Below, piece after piece: positions 20,085-33,339 of a DNA stretch of 64,000 nucleotides (positions are counted from its first letter, which is position 1; each line of letters begins with the position of its first letter). A model generated the notes under the pieces. The model was not told the origin of the DNA. It saw only the letters and a list, made by a program, of their open reading frames with translations, and did not search any database. The DNA comes from an uncultured Spirochaetota bacterium (GTDB lineage: Bacteria > Spirochaetota > Spirochaetia > SZUA-6 > Fen-1364), in the NCBI GenBank assembly GCA_963734545.1, contig CAVTHO010000009.1, forward strand, positions 160,001-224,000, in the 5' to 3' direction. The position numbers and the translations under genes were made by a program.

Positions 20085-20624
20085 CTAGCTGGCGTCGGTC
20101 AATGTGAAGGTCACGGTGACCAGGTGGTTGTCGCCCACAGCGAGGTTCGCGACAGTATCCACTTGCAAGGTGTACGTCAGCTGCGCTCCATTGGCAGCCT
20201 GGCCGGTGACGCAGCTCGGAATCGCCGTGACGATGTTCAGCGCAGCCGCGCCAATCGTGACAGCTGCACCCGCAGTCCCGCAACCGCCGGTGACCGAGGT
20301 CGCCTGCACGTGCAGAGAGGTGCCGGCAGGCGCGGCATCAGCGCCACCCCACTGCACGGAAATGTTCCTGTTGGTTCCGGTGGCATTTACCGTGGTATAC
20401 CACAGATATTTGCTGTTGTCCGTTTGGCCGACAGGGGCCAGTCCTCCTGCTGCCGGAGCCTGCACGCTCAAAGTGACCGTGGCAACGTTGTTAAGGCTCA
20501 TCATGACGATTTCAGGCACATTCAGCTGAACCGAATGGGCTGCCGAGCTGGTTGCGGCAAACGCGCCGGCACCTACAAACAGACAAAGAGCGGCAATTAA
20601 TAGAGTTTTTCTAATGAAGTTCAT
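20085..20624 (-). CDS. Major pilin-like exported protein
   Basis: Sec signal ending AFA, alternating N-terminal strand AAHSVQLNVPEI, Cys pair, C-terminal VTVTFTLTD; AAGGAGG RBS. Confidence 0.7.
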   Translation of the reverse strand: MNFIRKTLLIAALCLFVGAGAFAATSSAAHSVQLNVPEIVMMSLNNVATVTLSVQAPAAGGLAPVGQTDNSKYLWYTTVNATGTNRNISVQWGGADAAPAGTSLHVQATSVTGGCGTAGAAVTIGAAALNIVTAIPSCVTGQAANGAQLTYTLQVDTVANLAVGDNHLVTVTFTLTDAS

Positions 20625-20740
20625 TTTTCGTCCTCCTTGCTTCTCAGAACCGGAACGCGTGTTCGCTCACCCGGCCTCTACAAGGAGTATAGTCTCCGCT
20701 TTCGCGTAATTCCAGAAAAAGCCCTGCTATTTTCGCCTAT

Positions 20741-21046
20741 CTAGCTGTTCGTCGCCACCATGTCATAGTCGGTGAACACGACATCCCCGCCGACCAGCTC
20801 GGGAGAGTAGACCGATTCGAATCGTTTCACGGCCGCCGATTCACCGTGGGCCCTGTGCGCAGCCTCGTTGTCGAATATGAAGAAGTGCACGAAGCGTGTC
20901 GCATCTTCCTTTTGCTGCCACGCCACGTACAAGCGCGTGCCGGGTTCGTTGGCTTTCACGAAGCGGACAAACTCCTCGATTGACCTCTTCACCCTATCTA
21001 CTGCTCGGGCGTTCACCCGGTATTCGGCGATTTGATAGATTGCCAT
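20741..21046 (-). CDS. ABM (antibiotic biosynthesis monooxygenase) domain protein
   Basis: ANEPGTRLY..F.HF..FDNEAAHRAH; GGAGG RBS. Confidence 0.85.
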   Translation of the reverse strand: MAIYQIAEYRVNARAVDRVKRSIEEFVRFVKANEPGTRLYVAWQQKEDATRFVHFFIFDNEAAHRAHGESAAVKRFESVYSPELVGGDVVFTDYDMVATNS

Positions 21047-21165
21047 GAGGCCCTCCTATGGGCCTCAAATATATGCAAGAGAATGCTTGCATGTCAAATT
21101 CGGCGAAAGCCGCGTGACGACGAACGGTGGACCTCCCCCCGGATCAGCCTGCGCGCTCCACTCCG

Positions 21166-22523
21166 CTACAGAGCGGCACCGTTTGAGGCGATCACCCTCT
21201 GATACCAGTTTGCGCTCTTTTTCCACGTGCGCGCCTGCGTATGAAAGTCGACGTGGGTAATCCCGAACCGTTTGCTGAACCCGTACGCCCATTCGAAGTT
21301 GTCCATCAGCGTCCAGAGAAAGTAGCCTTCCAGCCTCACCCCGTCATTGATGGCCCGGTGGGCCTCGGAAAGGTGGGTGGATATGTAGTCGATCCTGTCG
21401 TCGTCCTGCACCTGCCCATCCACGACCAGATGGTCAGGAAAGGCAGCTCCGTTCTCCGTGATGACAATGACCGGGTCGTCATACTCCTTCTTCACCTGCA
21501 TGAGGATATCGTACAGCCCTTCCGGAAACACCTCCCAGCCCATCTCCGTCCGCTCGCACTCTTTTCGGAGCGCATGTTGGTACCCGAGGAAGCCTCCCGC
21601 GTCGCTCGCGTACACCCTTTCGGGGAAGTAGTAGTTCAGGCCGATGAAATCAACGGGGTTCGTTTTCAACAGCTCGAAGTCCTGCCGCTCCGTGTGAGGA
21701 GCCACTTTGTTCCTGGTATACAGGCTCAAGATGTCGTCTGGATACGAGCCCTTCAGGACAGGGTCCAGAAACCAGCGATTGGTCTTGCCGTCCGCGAGCC
21801 GGGCCGCCTCGATGTCCGACACACCGTCGGTGAATGGATAGACCGGGTGAACGTCCAGGGCGATGCCGATCCGGTGCTTGCCGGGACTCAGCTGCCGATA
21901 GGCCTGTACGCCGAGGGAATGCGCGTGCAGGAGGATGTGCGACGCCTGCACCGCCGCGCCGAAGTCCTTCAGCCCCGGCGCATGGATTCCCATCTGCATG
22001 ACCGGCGAACGAGGACACCTGGGGCTCGTTGAGCGTCATCCAGATTTTCACCCGGTCACCGAGCCGCATGAAGACCGATGCGGCATAGTCGGCAAACCAG
22101 CTTGCCGTGTCCCGATTGGTCCAGCCTCCCCTGTCCTGAAGTGACTGCGGCAAGTCCCAGTGATACAGGGTGGCGGCAGGTTCGATACGCGCCTCCAGCA
22201 GCGCGTCCACGAGGGTCTCGTAGAAATCCAATCCTCTTGGATTGTGCCTTCCGTTTCCCATCGGAAACACGCGCGGCCAGGAAATGGAGAACCGGTAGGA
22301 CGCCGAGCCCGAGGTCCCGCATGTTCTCGATGTCGTCCCGCCACCTGTGGTAGTGATCGCAGGCAAGGACCCCGGTCTCCCCGGTCTCGATGGCGCCGGG
22401 CACCTGGCAGAAGCGGTCCCAGATCGACTCGCCCTTTCCATTCTCCCGTGCGGCGCCCTCGATCTGGTAGGCGGCAGTGGCTGCTCCCCAGAGAAACCCC
22501 GTCGGAAAACCGCTTGAAGGCAT
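21166..22523 (-). CDS. GH1 beta-glucosidase (frameshifts ~22300, ~22000)
   Basis: [38 protein letters not shown]. Confidence 0.92.
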
Positions 22524-22529
22524 GGATTC

Positions 22530-22558
22530 ATTATAGAAACGGCAGTCCGAGGTGTCAA
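22530..22558 (-). promoter_or_regulatory. Consensus sigma70 promoter of the GH1 gene (leaderless)
   Basis: TTGACA-17nt-TATAAT, 6 nt before ATG. Confidence 0.85.
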
Positions 22559-22662
22559 ACAACACTCCGGATTGCGGTGGACCATGCATATCATTAAACC
22601 GGTTTGACCGGGAGAGCATCCTTCCGTATCTTAGATTCAAAAGATATTCTTCCGGAGCAAAC

Positions 22663-25228
<2,566 letters not shown>

Positions 25229-25242
<14 letters not shown>

Positions 25243-25549
25243 GCGGCCGGTCCAGCCTCCGGACCGCCGCTGCTGCCTCGAGGGGAACCTGGAAGACCTT
25301 GTGCGGCGATGCTCCGCCGAGCTTCAACACCACGCTGCCCGGCGGAACGCCGAGGGCTTTTGCCAGGACCCTCGCGACCTCTCCATTCGCCCTGCCCTTT
25401 TCGGCAACCGCCCGGACCGAGACGTGGAGCTCCGCGCCGCGGACGCCGAGAACAGAGTCCTGCCGCGCCCCCGGCTTCGCCTTGACCTTCAGGGTCACGA
25501 AATCGGCGTGAATTGAATAGAAGCCTCCCGGATCAGCCAACGCGGTCAC
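25229..25549 (-). CDS. DUF167/YggU family protein
   Basis: [19 protein letters not shown]. Confidence 0.85.
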
Positions 25550-27783
25550 TTCACCTCGAACACAACCCTGTCAGAGCCCCGCGCGCTCGTCAAGGAGATC
25601 GAATGAGCTCCGCGTACGAGGGGCACGCTGACCGTGGCAAGCGCTGCCCCGCGCGCCAATACGACTCCGTCGAATGCCAGCCATGCCTCTTCTCCGCTTC
25701 GGACCGCCAGAACGGCGGGAATCCTCTCCGTGCCCGACCTCAGTGTCTGGTCGAGATAGAATACCTGACCGTTCACGGGAAAAAGAATGCGCACGGATTC
25801 ATCCGGATCCAGGAAGCTTTCCTGAAGGAGGGCTGCGGGCGCTTTCGGGTTGGCGTGATACGCGCAGGAGTCCGGCACCTCGGCCGCGTTTCTGAAGTAC
25901 TCGCTCCGCGTGGATGGACACCATTGCGTCTCCCTCTTGCCGGTGAGGGTGCAAATCCGCGTCTCCACGACGTGTGCCGGCGCGGCGAAGTCCCTCGAGA
26001 CCAGGGCGCGGGAATCGCGCGCGGTCAGCCAGGCAAGCACATCGGTCACGATCTGCGTGGGGACGACGCTGCCCGTCTTGTTGATCACCGTTCTGCCGTC
26101 GAAGTTCCCTGCCCAGACGCCCACCGTGTACAGGGGGGTCGCGGCCACGCACCAGAGGTTGGTGAACTCGCTCGAGGTGCCGGACTTGAACATGGCGGGG
26201 AAGTCAGTGCGGAAATACGTGTGCGTGCCGAAGCCGGTCGCCCGGGCAGAGGGATCGGAGAGGATGTTGCAGATGATCCATGCGGAAAACGGATCGAAGA
26301 TCCTGCGGCCCGCTCCGCTTCCGCCGCGCGCCAGAACGAGGTCGGGCAGGGTGCCGCCGCGCGGAAAGACGGTGAATGCGCGGGTGAGCTCCAGCAGGGA
26401 GATCTCCGCGTTGCCGATCGCGGTTCCCAGGCCATACCGGGCCGCTGCATCGGGGGGCAGGGCGAATCCCAGGTCTGCCAGCGTGCCCAGGAAGCTTTCC
26501 AGCCCGACGTGAAAGAGCGTGTAGACCGCGGGCACGTTCAGGGAGCTGGCCAGCGCGGTGCGCAGCCGCACCACCCCGTGGCTCCTGTTGTCGAAATTCG
26601 ACGGCTTGTAGCTCACCTCGTCAGACGCTCCGAACACCATCGGCACATCCGGCAGCAGAGTGGCCGCGGTCCACCCTTTCTGGATGGCGCTTGCATACAG
26701 AAAAGGCTTGATCGTGGACGCGCTCTGTCTTCGGATGAGCACGCCATCCACCTGCCCCGCGTGCGCCGTGTCCCGGAAATCCCCTGATCCCAGCCAGCCG
26801 AGCACGGCACCTGTCGCATTCTCGATGACCACCACTGCCGCGTTGGAGACGCGCGCGGCGGCGTAGCGCTGCAGGGAGAACCGCACCCGGCCCTGTATGA
26901 AATCGTTCAAGCCCAGGTCCAGCGTCGTCCGCACCTCGCCGCCGCTTGTGTCGATATTCCCGCCCGCCACCCGACCGGCGATGTACCGCGCGAAGTGCGG
27001 GGCGGCCGCGCCGGGACGCCCTGATTTCGCTCCGCGCACGGCCCGCTCGATCTCCCCTGCATCGATCCCCAGCCCCTTTTTCACCGCCACATCGCGCGCG
27101 GCGGCGATCAGGGCATCAGGATGCTCGAACGGATCATAGAGAGTGGGATTGCGAGGGATGATGGCCAGGATCAGGAGCTCCGCCGTCGACAGGGTGGACA
27201 GCTCTGCCCCGAAATACGTCCAGGCGGCGGCGCCGATCCCGCGCGTATTCCGGCCGAACGGCAGGGCGTTCAAGTACAGGGCAAGGATCCTGTCCTTGGT
27301 GAGCCGCGACTCGATGCGCAGTGCGTCCCCGGCTTCGACGAGCTTCGCGAGAACGCTTCGCGGGTGGGGGGATATGATGCGCGCAAGCTGCATCGTGATC
27401 GTCGATGCTCCCGATCGTGCGCCATGGCCCCGCACCCGGTCTGCAAGGGCCCGTACAATGGCGGCCAGGTCCACGCCCGGGTGGAATCGAAACCTTCCGT
27501 CCTCGAGCCTTACGAAGATGTCCTCTGCCGCCTTGGGAATCCTGGCCGGGTCCACCCGCTCCTCGAAGGAGCCCCCCCTTCCCGGCATCAGCGCGATGAG
27601 GAAGCCGTGCCGGTCCGTGATTCGCGCCCCCGAGGCGTCCGAGAGAAAGGCGTCGAACGCAGGCCATGGCAGCCAGAGGAGGGCCGCTGTCAGGAGCGCG
27701 GGAGCGCCGATCAGCAGCACGGAGCGCGCAAGGAGCCTCCGGCCGGGATTCAGCCGCGTCGGGAGGTCCGGGAGCCCAGCCAT
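25546..27783 (-). CDS. pbpC: Penicillin-binding protein 1C
   Basis: EDGRFRFHPGVD, GASTITMQLAR, STIK, SLN, KSGT, C-terminal ILFPVNG domain. Confidence 0.9.
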   Translation of the reverse strand: MAGLPDLPTRLNPGRRLLARSVLLIGAPALLTAALLWLPWPAFDAFLSDASGARITDRHGFLIALMPGRGGSFEERVDPARIPKAAEDIFVRLEDGRFRFHPGVDLAAIVRALADRVRGHGARSGASTITMQLARIISPHPRSVLAKLVEAGDALRIESRLTKDRILALYLNALPFGRNTRGIGAAAWTYFGAELSTLSTAELLILAIIPRNPTLYDPFEHPDALIAAARDVAVKKGLGIDAGEIERAVRGAKSGRPGAAAPHFARYIAGRVAGGNIDTSGGEVRTTLDLGLNDFIQGRVRFSLQRYAAARVSNAAVVVIENATGAVLGWLGSGDFRDTAHAGQVDGVLIRRQSASTIKPFLYASAIQKGWTAATLLPDVPMVFGASDEVSYKPSNFDNRSHGVVRLRTALASSLNVPAVYTLFHVGLESFLGTLADLGFALPPDAAARYGLGTAIGNAEISLLELTRAFTVFPRGGTLPDLVLARGGSGAGRRIFDPFSAWIICNILSDPSARATGFGTHTYFRTDFPAMFKSGTSSEFTNLWCVAATPLYTVGVWAGNFDGRTVINKTGSVVPTQIVTDVLAWLTARDSRALVSRDFAAPAHVVETRICTLTGKRETQWCPSTRSEYFRNAAEVPDSCAYHANPKAPAALLQESFLDPDESVRILFPVNGQVFYLDQTLRSGTERIPAVLAVRSGEEAWLAFDGVVLARGAALATVSVPLVRGAHSISLTSARGSDRVVFEVK

Positions 27784-28721
27784 GCGAAGAACCTCTCGCC
27801 GTAGAACATGAACGCAAGACCGGCAAGGGCCAGGGGCACGCCGAAATGGAGCAGCGGCGTGGCGGATTCACCGGCAAAGCCCAGCCCGATCAACAGGGCG
27901 ATCAGCGGATTCACGAGGGCGTAGCTGACGAGCCTTTCCGCCGGCTCGACGCTCACCAGGTAGGTGTACGCGCTGAACGCGACGGACCCGACGACGCCGA
28001 GGTACAGCACCCCGACGAGCGACGCGGCCGACATGGAAGAAACCAGGACCGCGGGTGACGGGCCGACGGCCAGGCTGATCACGAGGCAGACGATACCGAC
28101 GAACAGCATCTGGATGCCGCTGTTCACCGTGTTGTCGCCGCTCACGGGGAACCGATGCCCGAGGCTGGTGGCCAGACCCCACGACAGCATCCCCACCAGG
28201 CCGATCACCACGGAAGGGTTGAGGCTCGATCTGAGCGAATGCCCGTTGTACAGCAGCACCGCCACTCCGCCGAATCCGATCACGACTCCCAGCACGCGTG
28301 CCAGCGTAAGACGCTTGCGCAGCAGCAGACGGTCAAAAACGGCGACCACGATCGGAGCGGAAGAGGCAAGAAGCGCGGCGATGTAGCTGTCGATATTGCG
28401 TTCCGCGATCGTGATTCCTCCATTGCCCACCATGAGGAGCAGGACGCCGAGGATCACGGAGGAGACGACATTGCGCGGCGAGGGCAGGCGCCTCAGGCCG
28501 CCACGGGCAGCCGACGCTCCCAGGAGAAGCGCGCCTCCGATGGTCCATCGGATCGCAAGAACCCAGGCGGGGGAAATCGTGGCAACCGATTGACGGATGA
28601 AAAAGTAGGTCGAGCCCCAGACCACATAGATGGTGGCATAGCAGGCCACAATGACGGCGGGTTGGCGCCGCGGCACCCTGCCCGGTACTCCGTGCGGTTC
28701 GCTGAGGGGAGATCGTTTCAT
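27750..28721 (-). CDS. EamA/DMT family transporter
   Basis: YVVWGSTYF, about 10 TM segments, SYALVNP. Confidence 0.9.
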   Translation of the reverse strand: MKRSPLSEPHGVPGRVPRRQPAVIVACYATIYVVWGSTYFFIRQSVATISPAWVLAIRWTIGGALLLGASAARGGLRRLPSPRNVVSSVILGVLLLMVGNGGITIAERNIDSYIAALLASSAPIVVAVFDRLLLRKRLTLARVLGVVIGFGGVAVLLYNGHSLRSSLNPSVVIGLVGMLSWGLATSLGHRFPVSGDNTVNSGIQMLFVGIVCLVISLAVGPSPAVLVSSMSAASLVGVLYLGVVGSVAFSAYTYLVSVEPAERLVSYALVNPLIALLIGLGFAGESATPLLHFGVPLALAGLAFMFYGERFFAWLGSRTSRRG

Positions 28722-28865
28722 TCGGGCGTGTCCGTGAATCTTGTACCATTTTTGCGCGGAACAGGCCAAGGCGCCCCGTAGACAGGGATGGCGAGGGGCG
28801 CCGAGTCCAGGGAAGGACGGCAGGCGCCCTTGCCCAAGGAGGCCGCGAGAATCTACCATCCGCGC

Positions 28866-29909
28866 ATGCAAAAGAACGCACCCCGTTTCGTTGTGGTGGG
28901 GCCAGGGGCCATCGGCGGCGCGACCGCGGCACTGCTTGCACGGGCCGGCAACGATGTCACCCTGGTGTGCAAGGACGGAGAGCTTGCCGCCCGAGTGTCC
29001 AGGCAGGGCCTGCGGATTCGGGGCGCCAGGGGCGACGCGAGCGTGCGCCTGCCGGCGGTCGCCGCAATCGAGGCTTTGGCGGGTGAGTTCGACTACGGGC
29101 TCATCGCGGTCAAGGCGCCTGACCTGCCCGACGCGGCCCGGCGCCTCCTTCCTTTCCTGCGCCCCGACTCGCTCGTCGTGTCCATGCAGAACGGCATCTG
29201 CGTGGATGCGCTGGCTGCCGTGGTGGGCGCGGCGCGGACGGTCGGGTGCGTGGTGGGATGGGGCTCCACAATGCTCGCCCCGGGCGATATCGATGTCACC
29301 TCCACCGGCGAGCTTCTCATCGGCATGGCTGCCGGGGACGGCGGCGGGCGCCTGGAGACGCTGAAGAAGGCGCTGGACTCGGTTGCCGACACCCTGATCG
29401 TGAAGGACGTCCTCAGTCACCTGTACTCGAAGCTCATCATCAACTCCTGCATCACATCCGTCGGCGCGCTCTGCGGGCTTCCCATGGGCAGGATGCTGGG
29501 CCGGCGCGATGCGCGGTCTCTCTTTGTCGCGATCATGCGCGAGGCCATTGCAGTGGCCGACGCGATCGGGCTCACGGTGCCCGAATACGGAGGCAGGCTG
29601 GACTACTACACGTTCCTCCGCGGGTCAGGGCCGCTTGCCGCGCTGCGGCGCTCGATCCTTCTCCGCCTGATCGGATTCAAGTACCGGCGCCTCCGGTCCT
29701 CCAGCCTGCAGTCCCTCGAGCGGGGCCGGAAAACCGAAATCGACTATTTCAACGGCTACATCGTGCGGCGGGGAAAGGAGAAAGGCGTGCCGACCCCGGT
29801 CAATGCCATGATCGTCGCGCGCGTGAAAGAGATCGAGGCAGGCACGCGCGCGATCTCCACGAAAAACCTCGCCGGTGTTGACATCCCCCCCGTCATCCCC
29901 GTACCTTAG
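28866..29909 (+). CDS. panE: Ketopantoate reductase family protein
   Basis: GPGAIG, VK, QNG, KLIINS, SSSLQS..GRKTEIDYFNG. Confidence 0.85.
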   Translation: MQKNAPRFVVVGPGAIGGATAALLARAGNDVTLVCKDGELAARVSRQGLRIRGARGDASVRLPAVAAIEALAGEFDYGLIAVKAPDLPDAARRLLPFLRPDSLVVSMQNGICVDALAAVVGAARTVGCVVGWGSTMLAPGDIDVTSTGELLIGMAAGDGGGRLETLKKALDSVADTLIVKDVLSHLYSKLIINSCITSVGALCGLPMGRMLGRRDARSLFVAIMREAIAVADAIGLTVPEYGGRLDYYTFLRGSGPLAALRRSILLRLIGFKYRRLRSSSLQSLERGRKTEIDYFNGYIVRRGKEKGVPTPVNAMIVARVKEIEAGTRAISTKNLAGVDIPPVIPVP

Positions 29910-29914
29910 CGGGC

Positions 29915-31707
29915 ATGACCGGCAACGAGCTGAGGCGCATTTACATCGATTTTTTCAAGGAAAAGGGCCACGCGGAGATCTCCGGAAAGTCCCTCATCCC
30001 GGAGAACGACCCCACTGTTCTCTTCACCACGGCGGGGATGCACCCCCTGGTGCCCTATATCCTGGGAGAGCCGCATCCCGCGGGAAAGAGGCTGGTGGAC
30101 TGCCAGAAGTGCATGCGCACGGACGACATCGACGAGGTGGGCGACTCCGCGCACCTCACCTTCTTCGAAATGCTGGGCAACTGGTCCCTGGGGGACTACT
30201 TCAAGAAGGACGCCATCGCGTTCAGCTACGAGTTCCTCACGTCGCCCCGGTGGCTGGGCTTCTCCGCGGATTCGCTTTCCGTGACCGTCTTCGCGGGAGA
30301 CGGCGAGGTGCCGCCGGATCACGAGGCGGCGGAGAACTGGAAATCCATCGGCATTCCGGAGGAACGCATCCATTTCCTGCCGCCGCAAGGACAACTGGTG
30401 GGGACCGGCGGGTCAGACCGGACCGTGCGGCCCGGACACGGAGATGTTCATCGACACGCGGCAGTCCCCGCCTGCGGCCCCGACTGCAAGCCGGGGTGCC
30501 ATTGCGGAAAGTACATCGAGGTCTGGAACGACGTGTTCATGCAGTACAACAAGACCGCGGACGGAAAGTACCTGCCCCTCGCGCAGAAGACCGTGGACAC
30601 GGGCATGGGGGTCGAGCGCACCCTCGCCATGATCCAGGGAAAGAAGACCGTCTTCGAGACCGAGCTGTTCTGGCCGATCATCGAGCATCTTCAAGAAATC
30701 ACGGGCAGGACGTACGGCGCCGAGCCGGCGGTCGACACGTCCTTCCGCATCATCGCGGATCACCTGCGCTCCTCCGTGTTCATCATCGGGGACGACCGGG
30801 GCGTGAAACCCTCCAATCTCGGCCAGGGCTACATCCTGCGCCGGCTCATCCGCCGCACCATCCGTCACGGCCGCAAGCTCGGCCTGGAGGGCAGCTTCCT
30901 CGGGGCGCTGGCCGCTCGATGTCATTGCCATCTATGAGGAGTTCTATCCCGAGCTGCGCGAGCGCGCGGAGATGATCACGACGGAGCTGGGGCTGGAGGA
31001 AGAGCGGTTCTCCGAGACTCTGCAGAAGGGCGAGCAAGAGTTCGAAAAGCTGCTGCCCAATCTCATGAAGAACCCGCAGAAGATCATCCCGGGCCGCGTG
31101 GCGTTCCGCCTCTACGACACCTATGGGTTTCCCATCGAGATCACGGAGGAGCTGGCGCGCGAGCACGGCATGGCCGTGGACAGGAAGGGATTCGACGAGG
31201 CCTTCGAGAAGCACCAGGAGCTGTCCAAGGCGGGCGCGGAGAAGATCTTCAAGGGCGGCCTGGCCGACCATTCGGAGATGACTACCCGGCTGCACACCGC
31301 CACCCATCTCCTCCACCAGGCGCTTCGCATGGTGCTGGGCACGCACGTGGCGCAGAAGGGCTCCAACATCACCGTCGAGCGGCTTCGATTCGACTTCTCC
31401 CACCCCCAGCCCATGACGGAGGAGGAAGTCCGCAAGGTCGAGGCGATCGTGAACGAGCAGATTGCCCGCAAGCTGCCCGTGACCATGGAGGTCATGACCA
31501 TCGAGGAGGCGCGCGCCGCCTCGCGCCATCGCGCTGTTCGGGGAGAAGTACGCGGAAAAAGTGAAGGTCTACACGATCGGGGACTTCTCCAAGGAAGTCT
31601 GCGGAGGACCGCACGTGGAAAACACGGGCGTTCTGGGCAGGTTCGTCATCCAGAAAGAGCAGTCATCCTCGTCCGGCGTCAGGAGAATCCGCGCGGTGCT
31701 GGAATAG
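29915..31707 (+). CDS. alaS: Alanine-tRNA ligase, short form (frameshifts ~30385, ~30463, ~30918, ~31522)
   Basis: [52 protein letters not shown]. Confidence 0.95.
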
Positions 31708-31733
31708 CCTTCCGCGGTACTCCGCGGAGTTGG
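31705..31733 (+). repeat. REP-like hairpin, copy A
   Basis: TAGCCTTCCGCGGTACTCCGCGGAGTTGG starting at the alaS stop. Confidence 0.75.
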
Positions 31734-31801
31734 GCCGAAGGCCGCGCCTACAGGGCTCGCTAAAGTGCATCCCTGCACTCGCTCGCCCTCGCCATCCCTG
31801 G

Positions 31802-32906
31802 CTACGCCGGCTTCTGCAGCTTCTCCAGCAGCTCGCCGATCCCGAGGTTCTTGATCCCCATGCGCTGCGCGCGCACGAGCACCTCCAGCGCCTTTTCCTT
31901 CTTGTCCAGGGCGAGCCAGCTCTGCGCGATCTCGATGTAGAGCCGCGGATTCTTCGCGTCGTTGACCAGCAGCCCGGAGAGGCTCTCGATGGCCTCCAGG
32001 TAGTTGCCCTTCTCCTTGTTGATGAGGGCGAGCCCGAGGACCGCGTAGCTGTCGAACTCGATGTTCAGCGCCTTGCTGTAGTATTCCCGGGCGGTGTCGA
32101 GCTCGTTCATTGCGCGGTAGGAATCTCCGATGCGGGTCAGGATGACCTTGTTGTCGGGGTCGGCATCCAGGATTTTCTGCCAGTAGAACAGCGACTCCTG
32201 CGGATCGTTCATCCCGCGGTAGCAGTCCGCGAGCCCGAAGAGGGCGTAGAAGTTGTTGGGCTGGATCTCGAGCGCCTTCTTGAAGTACGGGATGCCCTTC
32301 TCGTAGGTCTTGAGCTTGCGGTAGCAGTTGCCTATGGAGGTCAGCACCCAGATGTTCTTCGGGTCCTTCTCGTGCATCCGCTCCCAGTAGCGTGAGCGCC
32401 TCCCGGTACTCCTTCAGGTCGAAGTGCAGGTAGCCCAGCCCGGTGAGAGCATACGGGTTGCCCGGATCGATCTCCAGGATCTTGTGGTAGATTTCCTTGG
32501 ACCTGTTGAAGTCCAGCACCTTGCGATACGCGTCGGCGATCCGGGTGAGCACCGTCACGTCGCTGTCGCCCTGGTCCAGGTACTTCTCCCAGATCTCGAT
32601 GGCCCTGTGGAACTGCTTCAGGGACCGGTAGCTGTCCGCCAGCCCGACGAGGGCGTACTTGTTTCCCTCGTGATGCGTGAGGCAGTCCTCGTAGTAGCGG
32701 ATGGCCTCGTGGTAGGACTTGCGCTTGCGCGCCGCGTCCCCCATGCCCACGAGGGCGTAGTTGTTCTGAGGCTCCACTTCGAGGATGCGGCGGAAGTTCT
32801 CCTCCGCCTCCGCAATGTGGTCCTCCTTGAGGAGCTGGTAGCCCCTCTTGGAAAGCTCGGATATCGACGCCGGGACGGGCGCGGACGTCTTCTCCTCGTT
32901 GCTCAT
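31802..32906 (-). CDS. TPR protein (frameshift ~32392)
   Basis: About 9-10 TPR units (NNYALVGMGD, VLTRIADAYR, ALFGLADCYR). Confidence 0.9.
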
Positions 32907-33251
32907 TGTATTTTCGATTTCCCCTCTGCCAGCCATTGTTTCATTACCATGTGCGATTTTTTCCACCATCGCGGCGATCTTGTCCGGAGCGGGGGCCAGC
33001 CAGTACGCCTGCAGGGCCTCGAGCGGCTTTCCCCCCTTGGCGTGGTGGTCTCCTATTCTGATCAGTCCATCGGAATACTTCGTGGTGATGAATATCCGCT
33101 GTGCGAGGCCGAACTCACCCTTATTGAACAACTGGTTGCCCTTTCTAATGAGCGCCGCTCGCTGCTCGCTAGTGAGTGGCGCTGGTTTCTCGCCCGTTAC
33201 CTTCAGAAAGCCGCCTGAGGGCAACTTTTTAAGGATGTCCTGGGTGCTCAT
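32903..33251 (-). CDS. Conserved small hypothetical protein, spirochaete type (frameshift ~32952)
   Basis: ALIRKGNQLFN..RIFITTKYSDGLIRIGD; corrected end MVMKQWLAEGKSKIQ* gives an ATGA overlap with the TPR gene. Confidence 0.7.
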
Positions 33252-33339
33252 CCTTGCCTTCACTTCAAGATACTTGATTAATTCAGCTAGAGTAAATAGC
33301 TCGGGCCGCGATCACGGCACGAACGGAGCCTGCGGCCCT

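Noticed and set aside
20625-20740. c-di-GMP riboswitch upstream of the pilin-like gene
   Set aside because: No recognisable class I or class II consensus
31569-33263. 564-aa fusion protein
   Set aside because: Produced by two indels; correcting them gives two genes with an ATGA overlap
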